A stretch of 55,744 bases of DNA from Actinobacteria bacterium UBA7524 (GTDB taxonomy: Bacteria > Actinomycetota > Coriobacteriia > Anaerosomatales > UBA912), in assembly GCA_002478275.1 (NCBI GenBank), contig DLMY01000007.1, positions 1 through 55,744 on the forward strand, in the 5' to 3' direction. The translations under genes and the position numbers were made by a program. Of this stretch, positions 34,155-41,727 are shown piece by piece. Below the pieces are notes generated by a model, which did no database searches, had not been told where the DNA came from, and worked only from the letters and a program-made list of their open reading frames with translations. Numbering within the stretch: position 1 is the stretch's first letter; each line of letters begins with the position of its first letter.

Positions 34155-34868
34155 ATGACGATGCCCGTACCTGCTGGATCCGTGATAGTCGCACTCGATG
34201 CCGATGCCCACACTGCGTTGGGCTGGGCACGCTCGCTGCAGGGGCGTGCCGAGTGGGTCAAAGTCGGCATGACCCTGTACTACGCCGAGGGGCCGCAGGT
34301 GATCGCTGTGTTGCGCGAGATGGGCTTCAAGGTGTTCCTCGATCTCAAGCTGCACGACATCCCGCATCAGGTCGAAGGTGCCGCACGTCAGATCGCGCGG
34401 CTCGGTGTCTCGATGTTCACCGTGCACGCGAGCGGCGGCGTCGACATGATGAGAGCCGCGGTCAGAGGGGCTTGTGACGTCTCCGACGAGTGCGGGTTCG
34501 ACGCTCCCGACGTTCTGGCCGTCACGGTCCTGACCAGCATGTCGGGCGAGGTCATGCAGGACTTAGGAGTCTCACGCTCGCTTGAAGCACAGGTGGAGTC
34601 GTTGACGTCGCTCGCCCGGGACTCGAGCGTCCAGGGTGTGGTGTGTTCGCCCCGCGAGGCAGCCAACGCCCGGGCTATCCTCGGCCCAGAGGCTCTAGTC
34701 GTCACACCGGGTATCCGTCCGGCCTGGGCGTCCCAAGACGACCAGTCGCGCGTCGCCTCGCCCGAGGCGGCGATCGCCGCGGGTGCCACACATCTAGTCA
34801 TCGGCCGACCGATCACCGGCGCCGAGGAGCCCGCTCGCGCGTTCGAGCGGATCATCGAGGAAGGGTAG
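34155..34868 (+). CDS. pyrF: orotidine-5'-phosphate decarboxylase
   Basis: IVALD, FLDLKLHDIP, VTVLTS, TPGIR and VIGRPI. Confidence 0.96.
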   Translation: MTMPVPAGSVIVALDADAHTALGWARSLQGRAEWVKVGMTLYYAEGPQVIAVLREMGFKVFLDLKLHDIPHQVEGAARQIARLGVSMFTVHASGGVDMMRAAVRGACDVSDECGFDAPDVLAVTVLTSMSGEVMQDLGVSRSLEAQVESLTSLARDSSVQGVVCSPREAANARAILGPEALVVTPGIRPAWASQDDQSRVASPEAAIAAGATHLVIGRPITGAEEPARAFERIIEEG

Positions 34869-34875
34869 GGGACGT

Positions 34876-35466
34876 ATGGATACTGCCGAGATGACCGCCG
34901 ATGAGGTGCGGGATGCGCTGGAGAACGCGGGCGCGATACTGCATGGGCACTTCGCTTTGACGAGCGGCCGCCACTCGGAGACGTACGTCCAGTGCGCCCG
35001 CGTTCTCGAGGATCCGGCACTCACCACCCGGCTGGCGCAGACCATAGCCGCACGGGTGGAGGGGATGCAGGTCGATCTGGTGGCGGCCCCGGCCGTCGGG
35101 GGCATCATCATCGGGTTCGCCGTCGCGCAAGCCCTGGACGTCAGGTTCATATTCAGTGAACGCGAACACGGGAAGATGACGTTTCGGCGCTCGTTCCAGA
35201 TCGAGCCCGGAGCGCGGGTCTTGGTCGTAGAAGACGTGGTCACAACGGGTGGCAGCGTCGCAGAGGTCCTCTCACTCGTGCACGATGCCGGCGGCGTAGC
35301 GGTTGGCGTGGCATCCATCATCGACAGGGGTGGACCCAAAGCATTCGACAGCGAGCTCACGGCTTTGCTTCGACTGGAGGTCGAGTCTTGGGAGCCCGAA
35401 GAGTGCGTTCTCTGTGCATCCTCAACACCCCTCACTTCTCCCGGAAGCAGACGAATCTCCGGATAG
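34876..35466 (+). CDS. pyrE: orotate phosphoribosyltransferase
   Basis: GHFALTSGRHS and VVEDVVTTGGS. Confidence 0.95.
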   Translation: MDTAEMTADEVRDALENAGAILHGHFALTSGRHSETYVQCARVLEDPALTTRLAQTIAARVEGMQVDLVAAPAVGGIIIGFAVAQALDVRFIFSEREHGKMTFRRSFQIEPGARVLVVEDVVTTGGSVAEVLSLVHDAGGVAVGVASIIDRGGPKAFDSELTALLRLEVESWEPEECVLCASSTPLTSPGSRRISG

Positions 35467-35514
35467 GGGTTTATGTTTCGGCAGGTCAGGGGTAACATCC
35501 TTAGCATTGGACAG

Positions 35515-35544
35515 TTGTAAGCATGAGCGTTTTGTGCCTACAAT
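35515..35544 (+). promoter_or_regulatory. probable mIHF promoter
   Basis: TTGTAA-N18-TACAAT upstream of a GAGGAGG RBS. Confidence 0.45.
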
Positions 35545-35591
35545 CGTAGCGCGTCGGGAGCAAGCTCCGCCTAAGTGGACGAGGAGGAACC

Positions 35592-35900
35592 ATGGCACTT
35601 CCCAATCTTTCGGATGCGGATCGCCAGGCAGCACTGAAGAAGGCCGCAGAAGCGCGTCAGAAGCGTGCGGAACTCCGAGCGAAGATCAAGTCGGGGGATA
35701 TGTCCTTCGCACAGGTCATGGCAAAGAGCGATGATCCCATCGTCGCGCGTATGAAGGTATCGACCCTTCTCGAGAGTCTTCCGGGCTTCGGCAAGGCCAA
35801 GGCCGCGAAGATCATGGAGGAGCTCGAGATCTCGACCAGCCGTCGCGTGCAGGGTCTGGGTGCTCGCCAGCGCGAGCAGCTCATGGGCCGTCTCGGCTAG
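35592..35900 (+). CDS. mihF: integration host factor, actinobacterial type
   Basis: MALPNLS..RQAALKKAAEAR...KVSTLLESLPGFGK...RRVQGLG. Confidence 0.93.
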   Translation: MALPNLSDADRQAALKKAAEARQKRAELRAKIKSGDMSFAQVMAKSDDPIVARMKVSTLLESLPGFGKAKAAKIMEELEISTSRRVQGLGARQREQLMGRLG

Positions 35901-35940
35901 CCGAGCCCACGTACCGCTCGTTCCTTCGCGCGAATCCAGC

Positions 35941-36522
35941 ATGTCCGACATACCCGGGCGCACCGGGAATCTGTTCATAGTCTCCGGCCCTTCGGGGGCG
36001 GGCAAAGGGACCCTGGTTCGGGCACTGCTCGACAGGGTCCCGGACATCTGTCTGTCCATCTCTGCGACTACGCGCCCACCCCGACCGGGCGAGGTCGAAG
36101 GGGTCCACTACTTCTTCTTGAGCCCGGAGGAATTCTCACGGCTCATCGATGAAGACGGCCTTCTGGAGTGGGCGGAGGTGCACGGTAACAGGTACGGTAC
36201 CCCGAAAGAGGTCGTCGAGGCTCGTTTGTCCGAGGGCAGACACGTGGTGCTGGAGATCGACCCGCAGGGGGCTCAGCAGGTCAAGCGGGTCATGCCGGAA
36301 GCCGTCCTGATCTTCGTCCAGGCTCCTTCGTTGGGGGAGCTGAAGCGGCGCCTGACCAGCAGAGGTAGTGAGACGAGCGAGCAGATCGAAGGGCGGATGC
36401 GCACCGCCATGAGAGAGATGGAACTTGCGGGTACATACGACTTCGTGGTAACAAATGACGATGTCACGCGCGCCACGGACGAATTGGCGCGGATCATCGA
36501 TTCCTACTCTGACCGGAGCTGA
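35941..36522 (+). CDS. gmk: guanylate kinase
   Basis: SGPSGAGKGT, SATTRPPRPGE, YGT and LEIDPQG. Confidence 0.96.
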   Translation: MSDIPGRTGNLFIVSGPSGAGKGTLVRALLDRVPDICLSISATTRPPRPGEVEGVHYFFLSPEEFSRLIDEDGLLEWAEVHGNRYGTPKEVVEARLSEGRHVVLEIDPQGAQQVKRVMPEAVLIFVQAPSLGELKRRLTSRGSETSEQIEGRMRTAMREMELAGTYDFVVTNDDVTRATDELARIIDSYSDRS

Positions 36523-36559
36523 CAGGCCCGGTCGTGCCGAAATGTGAGGAAGATACAAC

Positions 36560-36808
36560 ATGGTCATCAAGCCAGAGGTCGATTTGCTGCTGTCCAAGGT
36601 CGATTCCAAGTACACGCTGTGCATCGTGTCTGCACGGCGTGCACGTCAGATCAACGACATGGTGCATGGTGTGCGTGATCAGGCCGTCCTGACGATGGCG
36701 CCCTCGCAGATCGCCGCGCTGACGAGCACCAAGCCGCTGACCCTCGCCATGGAGGAGATTGCCACCGGCGACGTCTCCTACGAGCGGGTTCAGGACAGCT
36801 ACAAGTAG
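36560..36808 (+). CDS. rpoZ: RNA polymerase omega subunit
   Basis: SKYTL...ARRARQI...KPLTLAMEEI; follows gmk. Confidence 0.95.
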   Translation: MVIKPEVDLLLSKVDSKYTLCIVSARRARQINDMVHGVRDQAVLTMAPSQIAALTSTKPLTLAMEEIATGDVSYERVQDSYK

Positions 36809-36818
36809 CCCCCGCGCG

Positions 36819-38081
36819 ATGTTCGAGCGCGCGGCACTCATCCACTATCACGAGATCGGCCTCAAGGGCCGAAACCGCTCCAGTTTCGAGAAGCGCCTTC
36901 GAGACAATCTGGCGCTTGCGTTGCTCGCGGTAGACGGGATCCGTGCCGAACGTATCTCCAGCCGTCTGCTGGTGCGCACTCCGGACTCTGCCGTACTCGA
37001 AGAGGTGGTCTCGCGGGTCTCCGTCATCCCGGGGGTGTCGAGCGTATCCCCCTGCTGGATCACGTCGAGGGAGCTCTCCGAGATGTGCAAGGCTTCCTCC
37101 CTGGCCATCGCCGACTCGGGAGAGTATCGGACGTTCGCGGTCGAAGCGCGCAGATCGAACACTGACCATCCTATGAACAGCATGGAGATGAACCGGGCGA
37201 TCGGACGACATCTCGTCGATGAGACCGCGAAGCGCGTCGACCTCTCGAATCCTGACGTGACAGTCAGGGTCGAGGTCGTCCAGGGAGATGCATACATCTA
37301 CAGCCGGAAGCTGCCCGGACCGGGAGGATTGCCGGTCGGGACCGGAGGGAAGGTCGTGGCACTGCTTTCGGCCGGTATCGACTCTCCTGTGGCGACTTGG
37401 CGGCTGGCGAAGAGGGGAGCGGTGCCGGTCGGCATCCACTTCTCCGGCAGGCCGCAGGTCTCCGCGAGTTCGGAGCGCCTGGTCGCTGAGATAGGCTCCG
37501 TGCTAGAGCGCCGTGGCGCCATCGCAAGGATCTACATAGTCCCCTTCGGCGACCTGCAGAAGGAGATATCCCTGCACGCCCCGCCGGACCTTCGCGTGTT
37601 GCTTTACCGGCGTCTCATGGTCCGCGTCGCCGAGGAGTTGGCGAGGATCGAGGGCGCGAAGGCGCTCGTCACGGGCGAATCACTCGGACAGGTCGCATCA
37701 CAGACATTGGAGAACATGGTGGTGGTCGATGACGCCGCGACCATGCCGATCCTGCGACCGCTCGTCGGCTCGGACAAGGTCGAGATCATCGCCGAGGCGC
37801 GCAATCTCGCCACGTTCGACCTCTCCACGCAGGAGCACGATGACTGCTGCACGCTGTTCATGCCTCGCACACCGGCGACACACGCCACGGTCGAGGAGAT
37901 CCATCAGGCCGAGGAGAGCCTGGACATGCGTCGGATGACCGGCGAAGCACTTGAGTCCATGACTTACCTGGAGTACCGGTGCCCTTCGTACAAGGCTCCC
38001 CGTACGTTGCCTGCCAGCGTCACTGCGGTCGCGGAACCAGCTGGACCTGTTGACGCTACCACGGCCGCCTCGGGTCGATGA
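36819..38081 (+). CDS. thiI: tRNA 4-thiouridine(8) synthase ThiI (no rhodanese domain)
   Basis: EIGLKGRNR, THUMP region, GPGGLPVG, PP-loop LLSAGIDSPV, TGESLGQVASQT, RPL and DCC. Confidence 0.93.
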   Translation: MFERAALIHYHEIGLKGRNRSSFEKRLRDNLALALLAVDGIRAERISSRLLVRTPDSAVLEEVVSRVSVIPGVSSVSPCWITSRELSEMCKASSLAIADSGEYRTFAVEARRSNTDHPMNSMEMNRAIGRHLVDETAKRVDLSNPDVTVRVEVVQGDAYIYSRKLPGPGGLPVGTGGKVVALLSAGIDSPVATWRLAKRGAVPVGIHFSGRPQVSASSERLVAEIGSVLERRGAIARIYIVPFGDLQKEISLHAPPDLRVLLYRRLMVRVAEELARIEGAKALVTGESLGQVASQTLENMVVVDDAATMPILRPLVGSDKVEIIAEARNLATFDLSTQEHDDCCTLFMPRTPATHATVEEIHQAEESLDMRRMTGEALESMTYLEYRCPSYKAPRTLPASVTAVAEPAGPVDATTAASGR

Positions 38082-39220
38082 CGGCTGCCAGACTCAGGAT
38101 CCTTGCTGTGGAGCCCTACTACGGGGGCTCTCATCGTGCCGTCCTCGACGGGCTGGCCGAAAGGTACGATGCCGACTGGACGCTACTCACGTTGCCTGCG
38201 CGCAAGTGGAAGTGGCGCATGCGCGGGGCCGCCATCGCGTTCTCCCGGCGCCTGCGCGAAGAACTGTCTTCGAGCGAACATGATTCGGGCGGCACCGGGA
38301 GACCCCTGTACGACCTCGTGTTCGCTTCTAGCTTCGTGAACCTGGCAGAACTCTACGGCATGGCCGGACCCGCGCTGAGCGGTGTACCCTCGATCGTCTA
38401 CTTCCACGAGAACCAACTCGTCTATCCCAATCGCCACACCGCAGAGTGGGACTACCAGTTCCCGCTCACGAACATCACAAGTGCGCTCTGCGCGGACGTG
38501 TGCGCGTTCAACACCGAGTGGAATATGCGCACCTTCCTGGAGGAGATCCCCGCCTTCATCGCCGCGTTCCCTGACCACCGCCCGCAGGGCGTGGCGGAGG
38601 CGATCGCCGCGAAGTCGGTCGTCGTGCCTCCGCCCTTCGACCCGGTACCCTTCGATGAGGTCGTCACAGCTTCATCACCCGGTGAGGGATCTCAGCGACG
38701 AGTCCGTATCGTGTGGCCACACCGCTGGGAGCATGACAAGGATCCCGAAGGGTTCTTCGAGGCGCTCAAGGTCCTGGTCGCAACGGGTCTTGAGTTCGAG
38801 GTGGTCATAGCCGGTCAGGCCTTCGCCGAGACGCGCGACGCGGTGCTGGAGCGTGCGGCGTTCCTCGGCGATAGGCTGGTTCATGCAGGGGAGCCGGAGT
38901 CGAGGGACGAGTACGCCCGGCTCCTGTGCTCGTCGGACATCGCCGTCTCCACCGCCATCAACGAGTTCTTCGGGCTGGCGATGATCGAGGCGTGCTACGC
39001 GGGATGTACTCCCGTGGTGCCCGACAGGCTCGCGTACACCGACATCTATCCTGACCGGTTCCGCTATACAGGCATGGACGGACTCGTCGGCATGCTGCAG
39101 TCGCTCATCGGGCGACCGCCACCGCGCGGAGCGGCCCGCCGGTTGGCAGAAGGCTACAGCTTCGAGTGTCTCCTCGGCAGGTATGGGGAGTTGTTCGAGA
39201 AGACGGCCGCCGGCCGCTAA
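38078..39220 (+). CDS. DUF3524-containing GT-B glycosyltransferase (GTDC1/QTMAN-like)
   Basis: EPYYGGSH, LPARKWKWRMRG, YFHENQLVYP, WPHRWEHDKDP and EFFGLAMIEA; ATGA overlap with thiI. Confidence 0.85.
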   Translation: MTAARLRILAVEPYYGGSHRAVLDGLAERYDADWTLLTLPARKWKWRMRGAAIAFSRRLREELSSSEHDSGGTGRPLYDLVFASSFVNLAELYGMAGPALSGVPSIVYFHENQLVYPNRHTAEWDYQFPLTNITSALCADVCAFNTEWNMRTFLEEIPAFIAAFPDHRPQGVAEAIAAKSVVVPPPFDPVPFDEVVTASSPGEGSQRRVRIVWPHRWEHDKDPEGFFEALKVLVATGLEFEVVIAGQAFAETRDAVLERAAFLGDRLVHAGEPESRDEYARLLCSSDIAVSTAINEFFGLAMIEACYAGCTPVVPDRLAYTDIYPDRFRYTGMDGLVGMLQSLIGRPPPRGAARRLAEGYSFECLLGRYGELFEKTAAGR

Positions 39221-39753
39221 CAGCCCGCGAGCCGGCTCGCGACGCCGTCGAGCTCGATGTGGTCGGCTTCGACCAGACTCACCGCGCCGAAGACCTCTTT
39301 GACGCGTTCGTTGGTGGCGCGGCCCATGGCATCGGCGTAGAACTTCGAGGCACGTTGCTCGCGAGCGACGGACTCCTCGATGTTCGCGCACCAGTCGTCG
39401 GATGCTTCGCCGGGAGTCGTCAGGTCCTCGGGTTCGGGTACCCCGGCGAGCTTGCAGAACAGCTCGCAGTGCTCCGCTTCGACCTTCGCGAGCCGCTTGT
39501 ATGTGCTCGAGAGCTTCATGTCGTCCTTGTGGGCGGCCATAGCGAAGTAGAAACGCGCATTGGAAAGCTCGAGCTCGATCGCTTCGAGCAGGTCGTTGCG
39601 CTCGATCTCCGTGATGTCGACCTGGTTGATGTCCTCGGGGTACTCGGTGGTGTCCACGATCGCCTCTCGATGGGCCCCACAGAACGGGCAGTGGCTCGGC
39701 GCCTCTGAGCCCAGGTAGGTCTCGCCGCAGATGCGGCACCGGTACATCTTCAC
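39217..39753 (-). CDS. reverse rubrerythrin-like protein (N-terminal rubredoxin-like domain plus ferritin-like di-iron domain)
   Basis: CRIC-x12-CPFC, then two E...ExxH halves (EAEH, EADH); GGAGG RBS. Confidence 0.88.
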   Translation of the reverse strand: MKMYRCRICGETYLGSEAPSHCPFCGAHREAIVDTTEYPEDINQVDITEIERNDLLEAIELELSNARFYFAMAAHKDDMKLSSTYKRLAKVEAEHCELFCKLAGVPEPEDLTTPGEASDDWCANIEESVAREQRASKFYADAMGRATNERVKEVFGAVSLVEADHIELDGVASRLAGC

Positions 39754-40286
39754 GTGCGTCCTCCTTGTTCCGTCGGCTGAGCGTCCAGTGAGTCGGCTAT
39801 GGCTTCCCCGAAAGCCCGGGCAGCATCAGGGCCGCTGGCGGTGATGATCGAACCGTCGATCTCGACATCCGCGCCCGTCCAGATCGCACCATGGATCTCA
39901 AGGTCCTCGCGCTGGCTCGGAAAGCTGGTGACCCGGATGCCGTCGAGCAGCCCGGCGTGTGCAAGTGTGGAAGGAGCGATACAGATCGCCGCGACGACCC
40001 TTCCGTCCTCGTGCAATGTACGGGCGATGTTGTGGGCGAGAGGGTCATCGAAGAACGTGGCCGCCCCTGCTCCTCCGATGAAAACGACGGCATCGTATCC
40101 CGATGCGACCGCGTCTTCCAGGGCGATGTCCGCCTCGACCTCGAGCCCGAAGCGACCGACCGCCGGCCCAGCCTCTTCGCTTGCGGTCACGACCTCGAAT
40201 CCGCGAGTCTCGAGCACATCCCGGGGGTGTGCGTACTCCTCGTCCCTGAAGATCCTCTGAGCGATCACGAACAGTACGGTTCCCAT
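39750..40286 (-). CDS. DJ-1/PfpI family protein
   Basis: FRDEE, YDAVVFIGGAG, AAICIAP (nucleophile Cys) and ITASGP. Confidence 0.92.
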   Translation of the reverse strand: MGTVLFVIAQRIFRDEEYAHPRDVLETRGFEVVTASEEAGPAVGRFGLEVEADIALEDAVASGYDAVVFIGGAGAATFFDDPLAHNIARTLHEDGRVVAAICIAPSTLAHAGLLDGIRVTSFPSQREDLEIHGAIWTGADVEIDGSIITASGPDAARAFGEAIADSLDAQPTEQGGRT

Positions 40287-40359
40287 CGATACCTCCACGT
40301 TCAGGCCGTATGCAAGAGATGATACCCACTGCTTCAGCTCACCGACGGCGAGAGGTCTC

Positions 40360-40388
40360 TGGTATCATGTGCACAAGTTTGTACACAT
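40360..40388 (+). promoter_or_regulatory. extended -10 promoter with an overlapping inverted repeat
   Basis: TGgTATCAT (40360-40368) and ATGTGCACAA-gt-TTGTACACAT (40367-40388). Confidence 0.45.
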
Positions 40389-40466
40389 CGACGGTGTCGC
40401 CGGGGTCTTTCGGGCAGATGGCCCGGGACCCGGCGGGGGCACGACTGACCAGAGGGGCGGCACGAG

Positions 40467-41690
40467 ATGGATACGGTCGAGCGTCAGGGGTCGTTGGTTG
40501 ACGGGGTCAGTGAACGGGTCGCGGGCTTCCTGGACCGTCGGGACATGCTGATCGCCGCGGACCGCTACTTCTACCTGCAGGCGATCGCCGGGCCCACGAA
40601 CAACCGTGTCCGGACAGCCGACGGCAGGGACCTGGTGATGCTTGCCTCCTACAGTTATCTGGGGCTTATCGGGCATCCCCGGATCGATGAAGCGGCCAAA
40701 GCGGCGATCGACGAGTACGGGACCGGTGCAGGCGGCGTGCGGTTGTTGACGGGCACGATGGACCTTCACGAACGGCTGGAGGAGCGTATCGCTCGGTTCA
40801 CGGGTCGTGAGGACGCCTGTGTTTACTCGAGCGGCTACGTCACCAATGTCGCGATCATCACCGGGTTGACCGGCCCGGGAGACCTGATCCTCATGGACAA
40901 GCTCGATCATGCGAGCATCGTGGACGGCGCACTGTTGTCCGGAGCCAAGTGGAAGACGTACCGGCACAACGACATGGACCACCTCGAGCGGCTGCTTGCC
41001 GATGCCTCGGGACGCTACGGTACGGTACTCGTGGTCGCTGACTCGGTCTTCTCGATGGACGGGGATGTGATGGATCTTCCGCGCACCTCCGAGCTGTGCC
41101 GCAAGCACGGTGCGCGCCTCATGGTCGATGAAGCCCACTCGGTAGGCTCCCTTGGGGCCACAGGGCATGGCATCGAGGAGCACTTCGACATGCCCGGCTC
41201 GATCGACTTCAAGATGGGGACGCTGTCCAAGTCCATCCCGTCGGTCGGGGGGTATCTTGCCGCGAACAGGGACATCGTGGACTATCAGCGTCACATGTCG
41301 CGGCCGTTCATCTTCTCGGCCGCGCTGCCCCCCGCACAGACCGCCGCGGCACTGGCGGCGTTCGATGTCATCGAAGACGAGCCCTGGCGTGTTCGGGACC
41401 TGCATCGCATCACCGAGACGTATGCGGCCGGCCTCAAGAACCAGGGATGGGACACGATGGATTCGACCACGTGCGTAGTGCCGGTCCTTGTCGGTGACGA
41501 GGCGATGACGATGGACCTCACCCGGATGCTGTTCGACAGGGGAGTCTTCGTCTGCCCGATCGTCCATCCGGCCGTGCCGCGCGGGATGGACCGTCTGCGC
41601 ACGTGCCTCATGGCCACGCACACCGACGAGGACATCGCCCTCGTACTTGATGCCTTCGAGGAGTCGGGCAAGGCGCTGGGACTGATCTGA
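40467..41690 (+). CDS. PLP-dependent alpha-oxoamine synthase (BioF/Kbl/serine palmitoyltransferase family)
   Basis: SYLGL, DHASIVDG, VFSMDGD, DEAHS, GTLSKS (PLP Lys) and RPFIFSAALPP. Confidence 0.88.
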   Translation: MDTVERQGSLVDGVSERVAGFLDRRDMLIAADRYFYLQAIAGPTNNRVRTADGRDLVMLASYSYLGLIGHPRIDEAAKAAIDEYGTGAGGVRLLTGTMDLHERLEERIARFTGREDACVYSSGYVTNVAIITGLTGPGDLILMDKLDHASIVDGALLSGAKWKTYRHNDMDHLERLLADASGRYGTVLVVADSVFSMDGDVMDLPRTSELCRKHGARLMVDEAHSVGSLGATGHGIEEHFDMPGSIDFKMGTLSKSIPSVGGYLAANRDIVDYQRHMSRPFIFSAALPPAQTAAALAAFDVIEDEPWRVRDLHRITETYAAGLKNQGWDTMDSTTCVVPVLVGDEAMTMDLTRMLFDRGVFVCPIVHPAVPRGMDRLRTCLMATHTDEDIALVLDAFEESGKALGLI

Positions 41691-41727
41691 CGCTATACTT
41701 CAGAGACGTCGCGCTTGAGCGGCTGCG

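Noticed and set aside
40367..40388. Rex operator
   Set aside because: The TGTG...CACA spacing is 12 nt rather than 8, so it is kept only as an unassigned dyad.
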